Part shown: positions 39,647-53,006 of the stretch, in pieces
How the letters are laid out: each line of letters starts with the position of its first letter
Numbering within the stretch: the first letter of the stretch is position 1
Assembly: GCF_006345805.1 (NCBI RefSeq)
Contig: NC_043004.1
Location: 97,836,001-97,900,000, forward strand
Direction of reading: 5' to 3'
DNA from: Octopus sinensis
Taxonomy: Eukaryota
DNA: 64,000 nucleotides
Program-made: the position numbers and the translations under genes
Notes under the pieces: model-generated
Database searches by the model: none
Seen by the model: the letters and a program-made list of their open reading frames with translations, nothing else
What the model was told of the DNA's origin: nothing

Positions 39647-40316
39647 TATATGTATATATGCACATGTATATAAATATATATATACTTACATATATATATA
39701 TAAATCTGTGGACATTAATATGTTACACGCTCATGTCCACCCAAATGTGAAAAGACTCTCTCGCTTCAGTATCACTTCTGTAGATGTATTTTTCTTATAG
39801 TCTATGAGTGTTAAAATGCATCGAACTGGTTTCTGAATGATGACATTGGTATGGTTACATTGCATCAATTAGAGACAGAAATTCAGTCGTTCACAGCTGA
39901 GTAAATTAAACCTCCCCCCCCCACCCACCCCCCGCCGCCCATCATACATGTAAGCAGAAAATATACATTTGCTGGCGTGTACTAAGCTGTGTCTAAATCT
40001 AAGTACACAATGTAGCAAGAAGGAGAATAATAAAAATGTGTATAATTTATATTTAACGTGCTCATGTGCGCACAAGCGTGGTCACGTTGCAAAAAAAATA
40101 TTTCAATGCGTGTGTGCGCGTGCGCGTGTGTATGCATGTGTATATATGTATCTCTCTTTCTTTACATACACAGATACATACACACGCACACACACACACA
40201 CACACACACGCGCACACACACATAATAAATGAAAAATGCATGAAATACTGTAAAACGTACACGTAGGACCGTAATTCTTCAACAGTTATCGATCGAAAAA
40301 TACTAATAGCCAGTTT

Positions 40317-41096
40317 CTTATTTCTTTACTGCCCACAGGGGGCTACACTCAGAGGGGACTAACAAGAACAGACAAAGGGATTAAGTCGATTGTATCGACC
40401 CCAGTGCGTGACTGGTACTTAACTTATCGACCCCAAAAGGATGAAAGGCAAAGTAGACCTCGGCGAAATTTGAACTCAGAACATAGCGGCAGACGAAATA
40501 CCTATTTCTTTATTACCCACAAGGGGCTAAACATAGAGGGGACAAACAAGGACAGACATAGGTATTAAGTCGATTACATCGACCTCAGTACGTAACTGGT
40601 ACTTAATTTATCGACCCCGAAAGGATGAAAGGCAAAGTCGACCTCGGCGAAATTTGAACTCAGAACATAGCGGCAGACGAAATACCTATTTCTTTATTAC
40701 CCACAAGGGGCTAAACATAGAGGGGACAAACAAGGACAGACATAGGTATTAAGTCGATTACATCGATCTCAGTACGTAACTGGTACTTAATTTATCGACC
40801 CCGAAAGGATGAAAGGCAAAGTCGACCTCGACGGCATTTGAACTCAGAACGTAGCGGCAGACGAAATACCTATATTTTTTACTACCCACAAGAGGCTAAA
40901 CACAGAGAAGACAAACAAGGACAGACAAACGGATTAAGTCGATTACATCGACCCCAGTGCGTAACTGGTCCTGAGTTTATCGACCCCGAAAGAATGAAAG
41001 GCAAAGTCGACCTCGGCGGAATTTGAACTCAGAACGTAACGGCAGACGAAATACGGCTACGCATTTCGCCCGGCGTGCTAACGTTTCTGCCAGCTC
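40317..41096 (-). mobile_element. Head-to-tail array of four family A SINEs (184-bp period)
   Basis: Units start near 40317, 40501, 40685 and 40869. Only the rightmost carries the complete tRNA-like head. Confidence 0.92.
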
Positions 41097-43016
41097 GCCG
41101 CGTTGTATACTAAATACTAATACTCACTTTTGTGCCTTTGTCCTTAAAGGCTCGAAACTGACTATTAGTATTTTTCGGTCTATAACTGATGAAGAATTAC
41201 AGTCCTTCTGTGTCTGTCCTACGTGTACGTTTTGTAGTATGTAATGCATATTTCATTTATTGATTAACTGGACTCCACGCATCCCGACTTTTGTTATATA
41301 TATATACATAAATATCTACTGTGAAGCTATATATATATATATTAGCTTCCCGACCAAACTTCTCATATCCCGGGTAACAGATTTCTCTGACAGTCTCGCT
41401 TGATCGCACATCCGTACCTGTAACGTTTTTTTTCAAGCCAATAACAGTAACCCTACTAGGCTAAGAGTTTATTTAAATTATCCTTAGTAGTTTTCCGTCA
41501 GAAAGTTTGAATGTTGTTTTAGAGGAGACAACCTAATTTTGTCTTAGTCAACGCCAAGCTCTTTCCCAAATTGTCACCGTATTTAGTCCACAACAGATTC
41601 TATATAACAAAAATTTGGTATACTACAAATTTGAAAATTCTTTTTGGTTTGAACAAAAGTAGAGCCAGTTTTAAATCGAATCCTGTTGTTGGCTGGTACG
41701 TTATTTTATTGACTTCAGAAGAATTGAAGTCAAAAATCTACCTTGGCTTGATTTCAGCTCAGAACATAAAGCTGAATGCAGGAAGATATTTTGTTCGACT
41801 ATGATTTTGCTAATCAACTGATTTCTTGGTCATACATTTTAGAGGAAAGGAAAATTCAATTTAATTGACACCAACACTTAATTAGTACTTGTTTTATCAG
41901 TCCTAGAATGAGGGTAAGAAAATATAGTTACGTCAATATTTGAACTTGGAATATAAATTAATGTAACGCTGCCGTATACTGAATCCACTCACTTAACAAC
42001 TTATGTAACATTTTAATAACCGAGATGAAGATGAGGAGTAATTTTGGCTGTTTTTATGTTGGTAAGTAGAATGGTGGAAGTTACTCTGAACCTAAAAAAT
42101 TGATCTGAAGGATTTCAACAGAGTGAACTCGACTAAAGTTGCCCAAAGAAAAGTTGGTATTGTTAAAGCGAAAACCGGATTAAACCTACCACCCAAGAAG
42201 AATTACAGACCCTCCCGAAAACTTACCAAAATTTTCTCATACGACTTTAATTTGACCCCAGGTAACGATTTGAATTTTCGAATTTCTTTGAGAATTCATT
42301 GTGGGATTTTGGAATTTCTGATTTTTTTTTTTTTTTGCATTATTCCAAAATCTTCTTCGATGGTCTTTTGAAGCTTATGTACTCTATTGAAATCTCACCC
42401 TTTCATAATTTTCCCTTTTCTCAGTTTTTTACTTGTTCATAAGTGCTTTTGACTTCTATTAACATCCCTCAACATAGCTTAGTGTCTCCTGATTTATACA
42501 AATACAATATTTTACGCTCCTCTTACACCTTCCCAAACTCTCTTACTAACGACCTCAACCTGTTGTCTTTCTATAATAGGCTTCTAGTTGTGAAGCAAGC
42601 TTCTCATCATGCGGTAAGTACTTACAATGAAAAATTAACAAATATTTCTGCACAAAATTCTCATTTTAAAAGTTAGCTTAGTGCACCTCAGTTTTATAGG
42701 ACAGGACTAGACTTGTTCAAATCGATCACCGCTGGTATTTGCTGGTATTTATTTTGTCCACTCCAGAGGAATGAGAAAGAAAAATTCGATCACTTCGGGA
42801 TTTGAATGGAAAATATTTGGAACCACGGTCTGAACTATTGGAAAATGATAAATAGATGGCTAATATTGGAGACGCAAAATAAATCACTCTTATATTTCAA
42901 ATGAAATATAAGGAATCATTTTATATTTGGTGTTGTTGTTGGTGTTGGAGTGAATTAATTGACATGTCACTGCTATATTTTTTTTCATCTTACTAATTTC
43001 AGTTTAGTGACGATGC

Positions 43017-43052
<36 letters not shown>

Positions 43053-44499
43053 ATGTACTATTTCTTTTTTGTAAGTAATGTAACTCTATCTCATATTTGA
43101 AAAGTAATTAATTATATTCATTGATACAAACTGTAGACTTACACACACACATACACACACACATAAACATACATACACATACATATATTAGAAATTTTAT
43201 GTATGTCAATATATAACCATTACATTATACATATTATACAAACACACACAATTACACACTCCCACGCAAAGACACACACATATATATATATACATACGTA
43301 TGGACGCATATGTGTGTGCGTAATATGTAATTTTATACGTATCTCAACAAAATTTATCATAGATAAATATACATACACGTGCACACACACACACACACAA
43401 ACATACACACACTCGCACGCATATAAACAAAATATATATACGCATGCGTATATAGAAACATACATGTAACCATAAACATATACATGTGTGTATGTGTGTG
43501 TGTTTCTGTTGTAAAGTGACATATTTACTCATATTTCAGGTATAGAATTCCAATTTCAATCTTGAAGAATATGTTTTCATTATATGGCCTGGTTATTATT
43601 TTCACGCAACATTGAACTCTAATTCCTCGCCGAAGCAAGGGTGGAATTTCTTTAGTTTCAAAATCTCAAGTGCCTACTTGACGGTTGATTCTTAAAGAGA
43701 GGGTAATTTCACAGCGGAAAACCTCTTGAACGATGCTTAATAAACATTGGAAGCTTTTGAGAGTTCTCATAGTAGAGATGTAAGACTCTCTCATGCGGAA
43801 TATACAGTCGGTCGTTTACTGGTTATTAAGTTCTCAGTAATCACCAATATTCCTGAAGAGATACGACGCTTCTTCTACCAATTCCCCTACACCTTCAGTC
43901 GCCGTCGCCGTCGCCACACACTCTACTTCCCTCTGGCTACATATTAGTTCAATCAGTCATTCGACTATGACTTTATATCTGCGTTTTCATTACGTTCTGC
44001 TTTTGTTATTTGTATTGTAATTTTGTGGTGTGTTCTGTACTGTTAAATAGGCTAAAAGCTAGTTCAGAATATTTCGGATGTATTCGTATTTAAGACATGA
44101 TGTTATGCTCCTCGATGGTGGAGGTAAAGGGTTGTTATCAAAAACACTTTAGAGCTGTTTCTATGTACACTTCAAATTACTTGAGCTTATATATTACACA
44201 AACACACACACATACATGGTGTGAATTAATTTACATATTTAAAAAAATCTTTTTGTTAAGAAGGAAGACAGTGTCAGGATATGGTACAGCTCCAAAACTG
44301 GTAGGAGAACGCGAAGAAGGCAGGAATTCTGAAATCGGTGACCTTATCCGAATACTTGAAACAGACTAGACTCCGTTAATGATATTCAAGGTGTCAGACG
44401 TGGGTGTTAAACCAAGAGAAGGATTTGTCAATCACCAAAGTAGGCAAGAACGAGATTTGAACTCAGAACTAAAAGAGCTCGAGCACTCATCCTGTCTAC

Positions 44500-44870
44500 T
44501 CTAGGTACAAACCCCAAAATTTTGTGTGAGTGGGGCCTGCAGTCGATTAGATCGACCCCAGTATGCAAATGGTACTTATTTCATCGATCCTCAAAGGATG
44601 AAAGGCAAAGTCGACCTCGGCGGAACTTGAACTCAGAACGTAAAAATTCCACCGAGGTCGACTTGCCTTTCAATCTTTCGGAGTCGATGAATTAAATACC
44701 AGTTGCGTACTGGGGTCGATCAAAAATTTCGGACCTTGTGCCTAGAGTAGAAAAGAATATTATAGTATTATAAAAGGTGGCGAGTTGGCAGAATCGTTAG
44801 CACTCCGGGTGACGAGCTTAGCGGTATTTCGTCCATCTTTATGTTCTAAGTTCAAATTTCGCCAAGATCA
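44500..44870. mobile_element. Inverted pair of family A SINE bodies plus a further SINE head
   Basis: Minus copy ~44500-44645 directly joined to plus copy ~44645-44760; another head at ~44775-44870. Confidence 0.8.
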
Positions 44871-44978
44871 TTAGGAAGAAAATATGTGATAACGTAAAGC
44901 AAAATAATAAAAAAGAAAACAAAAAAAGTAAGTTATAAAGTAAGTAAGTAATGTGGGAAAGTTCATTGTAAGTCCTGA

Positions 44979-45402
44979 GGATCTTTTCGGTTTGAACGGC
45001 AGTTTTTAACATAATTTCTAGGTAACTAAAAAATTTTAAACTTCGTATACGGGTAGAATGTGTTTATAAAACATATTTTTGTCTCTGCTTTATTGAGAAA
45101 ATTCTATAGTTTGTAAGATATTTGGGTTTTTTTCTTCAATTCCTGCAATTTCAACCAATCACTGGCATCCATTGAGGTAAACAGCATTCTGTGCCGTATG
45201 AATATGTCACTCGTTTAAGAAACAGATTGGGTTTATTTACATTTGTGAAGAAAAAAAGATACCCTTCCCCCCACCCCTAACTCTAACTAACCCTAACCCT
45301 AAAATATATTGAAATGCAATAGATCAATACTAGGGTCATAATTATGGGTGACAATTTCATATGACACCGCTAGAAAGACTGCCGTTCAAACCGAAAAGAT
45401 CC
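44979..45402. mobile_element. 424-bp MITE with 28-bp TIRs and 8-bp TSD (Merlin-like by GG terminus; hAT/P not excluded)
   Basis: TIR GGATCTTTTCGGTTTGAACGGCAGTTTT versus AAGACTGCCGTTCAAACCGAAAAGATCC (1 mismatch). TSD AGTCCTGA at 44971-44978 and 45403-45410. Confidence 0.9.
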
Positions 45403-45844
45403 AGTCCTGAATCTGGCACTGGTGGACATTTCCATCAACGTTTATATTGTTAATATCTCTTATATACCTTTTTGTAAAGCTACCACCAGTGGGCCGTCCG
45501 GTTCTTTTGTTCCTTGCCTCTTTGGGAATAAAAGAAGTAACTTTGAATAGTATTTTGGTTCGATAAACATTATTTTAGAAGATAGGGTTGGCTTTAGTCA
45601 GCCATTTGCGAGCGAAGTCGGGGGTATCTTTGGGACACCGCTTCTTCACTCTGTGAACATTAAATTTACTCCCATCTCAAAGAACAAAGATTACAATTTT
45701 AGACTACAGCCTCAACGTCGAGTAACTACAATAGCAAGCACAACAACAGATACTGCTACAACATGCCAAGCAGAAAAATAACAATAATAAGCTTCACTAT
45801 TCGTAATGGCTACACCAAAGACACGAAAAAGACAAACAGCAGCA

Positions 45845-46032
45845 GTGGAGGCGCAATGGCCCAGTGGTTAAGGCAGCGGACTCGCGGTCGTAAGAACACG
45901 GTTTCGATTCCCAGACCGGGCATTGTGAGTGTTTATTGAGCAAAAACACCTAAGCTTCACGATGCTACGGCGGGGGAGGGTGGTGAACCCCGCTGCACTC
46001 TTTCACCACAACTTTCTCTCACTCTTTCTTCC
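45845..46032 (+). mobile_element. SINE family C, 3'-truncated
   Basis: Matches 13600-13790. Confidence 0.85.
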
Positions 46033-47023
46033 TACTTCAACCACAAAGCAGAGGAACCATGGTGTAACCCACTATGGTGTGGTAAACTTTCAGACTCTAG
46101 TCTAGATTGCGAATCCTCTGTACCCCAGGATGGTTCACCGTTTACGGAATGAGGATAACAACGTCGCTTTCGCACCCGTGGAACCGCCAGATTATCGTGT
46201 GTGGTGGGTGGATCTTCAAGGTGCCACACGCATTCTTAGTAGCTTAGAGTAGGCTCGAATTAGAGATTATTCTTTGTGGCTAATGGAGTGAGTCCTGATT
46301 AGAAGAAGAAGAAGAAGAAGATAGCAGCATGAAAGCCAAGAAAAACAAGGAATTATTATCACACCATTATTACCGGCACCACTATCACCACTGGTTAGTG
46401 GTGACAACCACTGAAGCAGGGAGTGACAAAGAAAGAACCACTATCTCCACCACATCTCCAATTTGACTACTACTGCTGTTAATCACCATAACTACACTAA
46501 TGTGACCTCCCAACTGTGGCACCTGTCACACAAAGGCCAAATCTTTCACAGGAGCTGTCATTAATAATATCCAAGTGTCGATGGCGCGCAAGCAAACAGA
46601 TGTTTGAAAAAATGCTAAACATCTTGTGAAAAATATGAACGGAAAGCTACATTAAATATACCCCCAGAAGTTTTGAAAATGACTACTTAAATGAACAATA
46701 ATTTACTGCAGTTCTATATTTAAGAACTGCAGTACTATATCGGGGTCGATAAATTGAGTACCATTTGTGGCAAAATTTGAAACCATTTTTATAATTAGCA
46801 TTCTTAAAATGTTTAATACGGGAAATTTAGTTTTGCTTCTCCGATAATTTTAGCAGTATTCTTTTGTTGAAGTATTTAAGCGTCCCTGTAATTGCAGTTA
46901 GATTTTTTTCAGAGTAAAATAGAGCTTTTTTTCTTTTGTCAGAACAGGAATGCTGTGCGATCAAGAGGTGTTAACCACTTGAACCACACAATTTCAGTCC
47001 AAATTTGATGGTGAAAACACTGT

Positions 47024-47067
<44 letters not shown>

Positions 47068-47259
47068 CTGTTTTCTGTATGTATCTTGTAACACACAACA
47101 TAAGAAAATACACACGCATGCGCTCGCATTTCTCTAAAGTCGTTTTTCACCATTTAATCCTCTTGATGAATCGCTGTTCACAAAATTTTCTTGAAACTCT
47201 CATTATCATTGTCCTCTTCCTCCGTCATCTCCGCCTCCTCATCGTCGTAGTCGTCGTCG

Positions 47260-47290
<31 letters not shown>

Positions 47291-47691
47291 TATAGTTGTT
47301 AATACCAACTTCGCACCCATCATTATTAATGTATGTCCCCATCGGTATTGTCATGCATCGTAATTATGAATGTCATCAATATCATCATTATCAATCATAA
47401 ATACGACCATTCAAAACCAGCATCACTAAAACTGATGAAATGGCTGTTGCCTTCCTTGTCATCATTATCCTTAGATTCGCTGTCAATTGACTTCACCGCC
47501 ACCACTACCGACATTAACAGCAATTGTAACCACAACATACATTTTAATATGTTCTGTGACGTTTTCATACTCGGGCAATTAGCTTTTTCTCGTTTGTTAA
47601 CCAAATTTTTAATGAATTAAAAGACGGGCAGTGGAGAGACAGCCATAGAATCCCTAACCACCACTGCCATATAATATTCATTCACCAAACT

Positions 47692-47840
47692 TACGTTCTG
47701 AATTCAAATTCCACCGAGGGCGACTTTGCCTTTCATTCTTTAGAGATCGATAAATTAAGTACCAGTTGCATACTGGGGTCGATCTAATAGACTGGGCCCC
47801 TCCACAAAATTTCGGGCCTTGTGCTTAGAGCAGGAAAGAG
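47692..47840 (+). mobile_element. 5'-truncated family A SINE with 17-bp TSD
   Basis: TSD TATTCATTCACCAAACT at 47675-47691 and 47841-47857. Confidence 0.9.
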
Positions 47841-49489
47841 TATTCATTCACCAAACTATCTAGATCTAAATACCTCCGAGACCATCATTTTGCAGTTGCC
47901 TCCCTCTGTCATTTACTATTTATTCCTAACAAAGTCCCTTAAACTAATATCTTATCTCAGATTTTGAAAACCATCTGCTGTTTACTTTTGCAAATCATGT
48001 AATCGGCACGAAAAAAAAAAAAAAGGTTAGTACATATCAATACATACTTAAATATATCAGTCTTTGTAACTGGCAGTTATTTACAAACCAAATTAGGAAA
48101 AATTCAACAATGGACGTCTGTTGTGCTGATGAAGAGATTTACACTAAAAGGCATATTACGACTGACAAATAACACCCAACAACCATCCATGCTGTTTCCC
48201 CAAGTTCGTTCTCAATACAATTCCGTGTTAATTATCAAAGCAAAAAAAGTACTTGACATTTTCCTGCGAATCACACGGCTTACTATCTGACCAAAAACGG
48301 CAGTAAATTATCACAAGATATTTTCTGAAGTCTTGGGATTTAAATCTTGTTACATTGTATTCCAAACTTTTCCCTTCGAACACTCTCTGACTTTATCTAT
48401 TTATGCATTTGTTTATATATTTTCACGCTGCTGTCTGTATTATTGTTGATGCAGTTATCTGCTGCTATCTCTGATTTATTTTTTTAAATAGCTGCTGGTA
48501 GCTGGATTATAGCGCACTGTCATTACATTGATTACTTCTAAATGATTCACTGATGTTAGATGATAACAGCGTGATAATAATGGAAATCAAACTGAAGAAT
48601 CTTTACGAGAAAAAGCAAGAAAAAAAACTGTAAATAATTAAAAAAATAAAATCATGTAGAATTTAGTTTTTCTTTCTTCTCAACTTCGTCTTTCTATTCG
48701 TCATACAATCCTTATATAAAAGAGAATAACAATAATATAGCTAAAAGAAATGCAGGAAACTTTTAAATAAAACATCTTCCCTATCAACCAATGTTTGCTG
48801 CCAATATATAAGCGATTTCAGACCTGTTTATTGACAAACTTATCTTCACATGTCTTAAAATGCAATCAAAAGTTTTCTGAAACATATGAAGATAAATTAT
48901 TCGCTGTTAAATATGAATTGGGAAGAAAAAGTAAAAAGGTGATTTCAGACGCTACTTTGCGTAGTATTTGCTCATGAATAGATTCATTTGAGTCTAGATC
49001 TGCCGATTGTTTTTCTTAACCAAGTTTAGAAATGTTCGTAGTATTTTTATCGCATCTTGGTTTATCATCAGCTGTTATAATATGTATGATCGATCAAGCA
49101 TTAAAAAAAGTATTTTATCATCCCCTTAGCTCCACGTCCACTAAACATTACTGAGCAATGGAAGGGATGATGGAAGAAATACATACGATGTATGTAAAGA
49201 ATGGGGATATGGAGTGACGGTTCATTAATGTTACATGATAAATTCGATACACCACTGAAACTAAATTGCTATCACCGACAGTAGTAAGTATTCTACAGAG
49301 AATAAGTTTTGAAACTATTTTTCTGCCCGCTACTGACAATATACCCTTTTCGTTTTCATAAAGTAAGTTTATTTATTATAGATGAGAGGTGACAGTGTCT
49401 GTGTAACTTGCGAAGTTAGATTGTTCATCTTTGTTCTGGTTTCAAATTCTGACTGCGTTGTTTCTTCTTGTGTTTCACTCATTAGAAAT

Positions 49490-51062
49490 ATTGAATGTTT
49501 GTAACTGCAAGTTACACAGGTCACTTTCGAGGGCCACTCTGTACAGTTGCTAACCTCCTCCTTTCCGTGCGTTGCGATATCGCCCCTTTTTTGGCTGCCA
49601 GCTCATTCATCTCTCATCTCAGGATTTTCACTAGGTTACACGAGGCTTCTCTTGTAACCAAGAGGATACTAAAATCAGCGATCAAATGCAACTATCACAT
49701 TATTCCTCCTCGAAACGTTTTGGCTTTTTACATCCTGTCGCAATTCTTGCACTTCGCCGCAGTTGAGGACTTGATGAAACTTTCGTGTTTGATCTTCGAT
49801 GGCTAGTATTGTCAATCATTTGCCGCTCCACTACTTCTATAAAACTCTGGTGTTGGTGTCACGCCTAACCTGGGGACTTGATATGGTCGCACCGTCACTG
49901 TCAGGCATCCTTCCAGACTCAGCGTGAACCAGTGTGCCGTTTGTTGTGCTCAATTCTGGTTCTGGTTCCCGTGTGTTTAGCGGGGCCAGTTACACATCTG
50001 CCTCTAACTGTTGTGGGCGACCCTCCTTCTTAATCCATACAGTATTCTTTCTGGCATCTATCATATATTTTGACTTGGATGCAAGCTTGTCGAACATGGT
50101 TTTGTATATTACATCCTTACCTATTTTAAAGAATGAGTTTACAGCAATCCTCAATGGTCTTTTCATTAACTTTTCGGCCGGTGATGATTTACAACCACCC
50201 GAGGCACTCCAATAACTGAGCAGAACCTTGTTCAAGTAGTTACCGAAATACTCTGTCTTCGGATCAAAAATTTCGCACCTGACATACTAGGGAAGACAAC
50301 GTCGATTGATGGTATGGGAAAAGAATAGGTGTCAATATGTGCATTTAAAAGAGCCTTGTAATCGACACACATGCAAAGAGAACCTATTTTTTATTCTCAG
50401 CCACACCACAGGTGAGGCACGTCTGACTCCAGAGTAAGCCGACTGTGTAATGAAACCTATCATTTCCAATTAGCCCAAAAGAATATGGGCTGTCTACCAC
50501 AATAAATGTACGTAACTCATCGGTGTTGTTGAGTTTAAATGCCTCTTGGATTGATCCAACAGCCTTTAGATCTGAACCATCAAAGTGGTTAATCTATTGT
50601 GGCATTATTCTACTGGGATGCCCTAACTGCGAAGCAAATGATAACGGGACTATCGAACAAGTCGCCCCAGTATCCACTTTCATATCTATGCTTCTGTTAA
50701 ATATAAAACACTCGCAAAAGCCTATGTTATTTGCACTCTCATTATTGTTCACGTTTAGCAACAAACTGTTGACAGATCCAGTTTTGCTTGGAGATACCTT
50801 TATGTTGTCCACACAGCGATCGTTGTAAGATCGGCAGAATCTTGTAAAATGCCCTAATTTGCCGCATGTATTTCGATTTCCCTCATATGCTGGATACACA
50901 CGAGCTTTGTGTGTACGCTCGCATTTTCGACATTTCCCTACAGCCTCATGACTGCGGATGTTCTTGTTGACATTAAAGTTTGTTATTGTTTGTCGACTAC
51001 TAGCAAACAGGGATTCTATGGTGGATGTGAGAGCAGCTATTTTAGGGTAATTCATTTTAGAA
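49490..51062 (-). mobile_element. Internally deleted Gypsy-like LTR retrotransposon (gag zinc knuckle, protease, RT start, integrase tail)
   Basis: ORF 50594-51187 contains CGKLGHFTRFC and MKVDTGATCSIV. Manual translation near 50250-50420 gives SPVVW..CVDYK..YSFPIPSI (RT). A downstream ORF resembles the integrase C-terminus. Confidence 0.85.
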
Positions 51063-51068
51063 TGACAC

Positions 51069-51217
51069 CGTAAACAGAAATACACATATATACGATGGGC
51101 TTTGGTCGGCCCCAGGATTAGTAGAAGACACCTACCAGAGGTGCCACGCAGTGGAACTGAACACAGAACCATGTTGTTGGGAAACAAGCCTCTTACTACG
51201 CAGCCACTCCTGCACCT
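51069..51217 (-). mobile_element. SINE family B head fragment
   Basis: Reverse complement of the 52606 head; supplies the spurious N-terminus of ORF 50594-51187. Confidence 0.8.
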
Positions 51218-51644
51218 GGTAATTTATTCTTATTATAGGTAATTTATTTTTATTCATCCCAAGTAAAAACGAAGTGCTAAGAGTTGAACAGAGAAAATAA
51301 AATGAAGAAACTGGAAACTGTTACGTTTTGTCTTAGACCTGTAGCTATTTTGTCCCTCATTAACCTATAGAAAATATACAATGGGTGGAGCCCTGGTAGT
51401 TTTAGAAATACTGATTTAGCCTTATGAAATAACATATCGCATTTTTTTTAATGTAAAGTACTCTTAGAGGCAATGCCCCAAGGGAGAACATAAGACCTAA
51501 CAAATAATTTTTACTTTCTTAAGTCTCATTTGACTTCGAAGTATATATAGGGAAAGTTTACGAAAAAAGAAAAAACCAAAGACGAAGACAGATGGTGTAC
51601 AAAACAAACAGATGTATTAGTATAACGCTCAGGAATAGAAAAAG

Positions 51645-51682
51645 TCTTTTACGTTTCGAGCCTACGCTCTTCTACAGAAAGA
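51645..51682 (-). ncRNA. Minimal type I hammerhead-like motif with variant core (A6 to U)
   Basis: UCUUU CUGUAGA A GAGC-GUAG-GCUC GAAA C GUA|AAAGA has 5-bp stem I, 4-bp stem II and the palindromic ACGU stem III typical of Penelope-associated minimal hammerheads. Confidence 0.55.
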
Positions 51683-51979
51683 TACACAGAAAAAACAAGG
51701 ATAGAAAAAAATGTGTGTAGTGGCTAACGATCTATCATGGCGTCTGACTCAGACAGAAGGGTCAGACAGGAGAAGGAAAGTAGGGGAGATAACAAGGTAA
51801 AGATGACCCTTATGAAATAACATATCGCTTTTTTTTTACTGTAAAGTACTCTTAGAAGCCATGCCCCAAGGGAGAACATAAGACCTAACAAATGATTTTT
51901 ACTTTCTGAATATATATATAACTAAAAATAAGGGTGTCTGAGAGACACCACCATGCCGAAATAGCAGTCAAATCCCTGA

Positions 51980-52065
<86 letters not shown>

Positions 52066-52399
52066 TTTATTAGATTGTTTACATATCTGGAAGAAATCAG
52101 TGTATATCTTGAAACTGTTACGTTTTGTCCTAGACCTTCGAAGTCATCAATAATATATAAATAAAGAATTAAATGAACACATAACGACTTGATGTTCTGG
52201 TTTCATATTTAATCATAAATAACATGAGCCAATAAGAAAGCATCGGCTTTTTTACTTAACCTGCTAGAAACAGCAACAAGTTCACCTATTCCAAACGAAG
52301 AACATTTTGGGAAGCGTAATCTAAAATCCATCCTGACTAAATAGTAGAAAGGTTGATCGTGACTGGAAAGTTTTTGATCATATATACTATAGGCACAAG

Positions 52400-52570
52400 G
52401 CCTGAAGTTTTTTTTTCTTTTTGGTGGAGAACTAGTCGATTACATCGACTCCAGTGTTCAACTGGTGCTTTTTTTTTTATTGACCCTTAAAGGTCGACCT
52501 CGGCGAAATTTGAACTCAGAACGTAAAGACAGACAAAATGACGCTAAACATTTCGGCTGGTTCACCAACG
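52400..52570 (-). mobile_element. Family A SINE, degenerate
   Basis: GTCGATTACATCGACTCCAGTG...GTCGACCTCGGCGAAATTTGAACTCAGAACGTAAAGAC. Confidence 0.75.
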
Positions 52571-52605
52571 AGTAAATAATATTTTGTATCATGCGTGATG
52601 ATATA

Positions 52606-53006
52606 GGCGCAGGAGGAGTGGCTGTGTGGTAAGTAGCTTGCTTACCAACCACATGGTTCCGGGTTCAGTCCCACTGCGTGGCACCTTGAGCATTTGTCTT
52701 CTACTATGGCTTCTGGCCGGCCAAAGCCTTGTGAGTGGATTTGGTAGACGGAAACTAAAAGAAGCCCGTCGTATATTTGTATATATATGTGTGTGTGTAT
52801 GTTTGTGTGTCTCTGTTTGTCCCCCGATGCTTGACAACCGATGCTGGTGTGTTTATGTCCCCGTAACTTAGCGGTTCGGTAAAAAGAGAACGATAGAATA
52901 AGTACTAGGCTGACAAAGAATATGTCGATTTGCTCGACTAAAGGCGGTGATCCATTTAGGCCGCAGTCAAATGACTGAAATGAGTAAAAAAGAAAAGAGT
53001 AAGAGT
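52606..53006 (+). mobile_element. Full-length SINE family B
   Basis: tRNA-like head (GTGGCTGTGTGGTAAG...GGGTTCAGTCCC), core, internal (TG/TA)n and (AAGAGT)n-like tail. Confidence 0.9.

Noticed and set aside
41149-41197. Type II-ordered hammerhead-like motif (GAAA-stem III-UA...CUGAUGA)
   Set aside because: Stem III pairs but stems I and II are very weak; at best a relic.
43600-43960. Possible promoter or first exon (GCGACG repeats, short ORFs on both strands)
   Set aside because: No recognisable protein or clear splice/TSS signal; cannot be distinguished from unique intergenic DNA.
49399-49519. 13-bp inverted repeat CTGTGTAACTTGC/GCAAGTTACACAG beside the Gypsy fragment, as a candidate LTR
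   Set aside because: Only ~120 bp, with no clear polypurine tract and no partner LTR at the other end.
50594-51187. 197-aa ORF as a host gene
   Set aside because: Chimera of a SINE head (N-terminus) and Gypsy gag-protease remnants.
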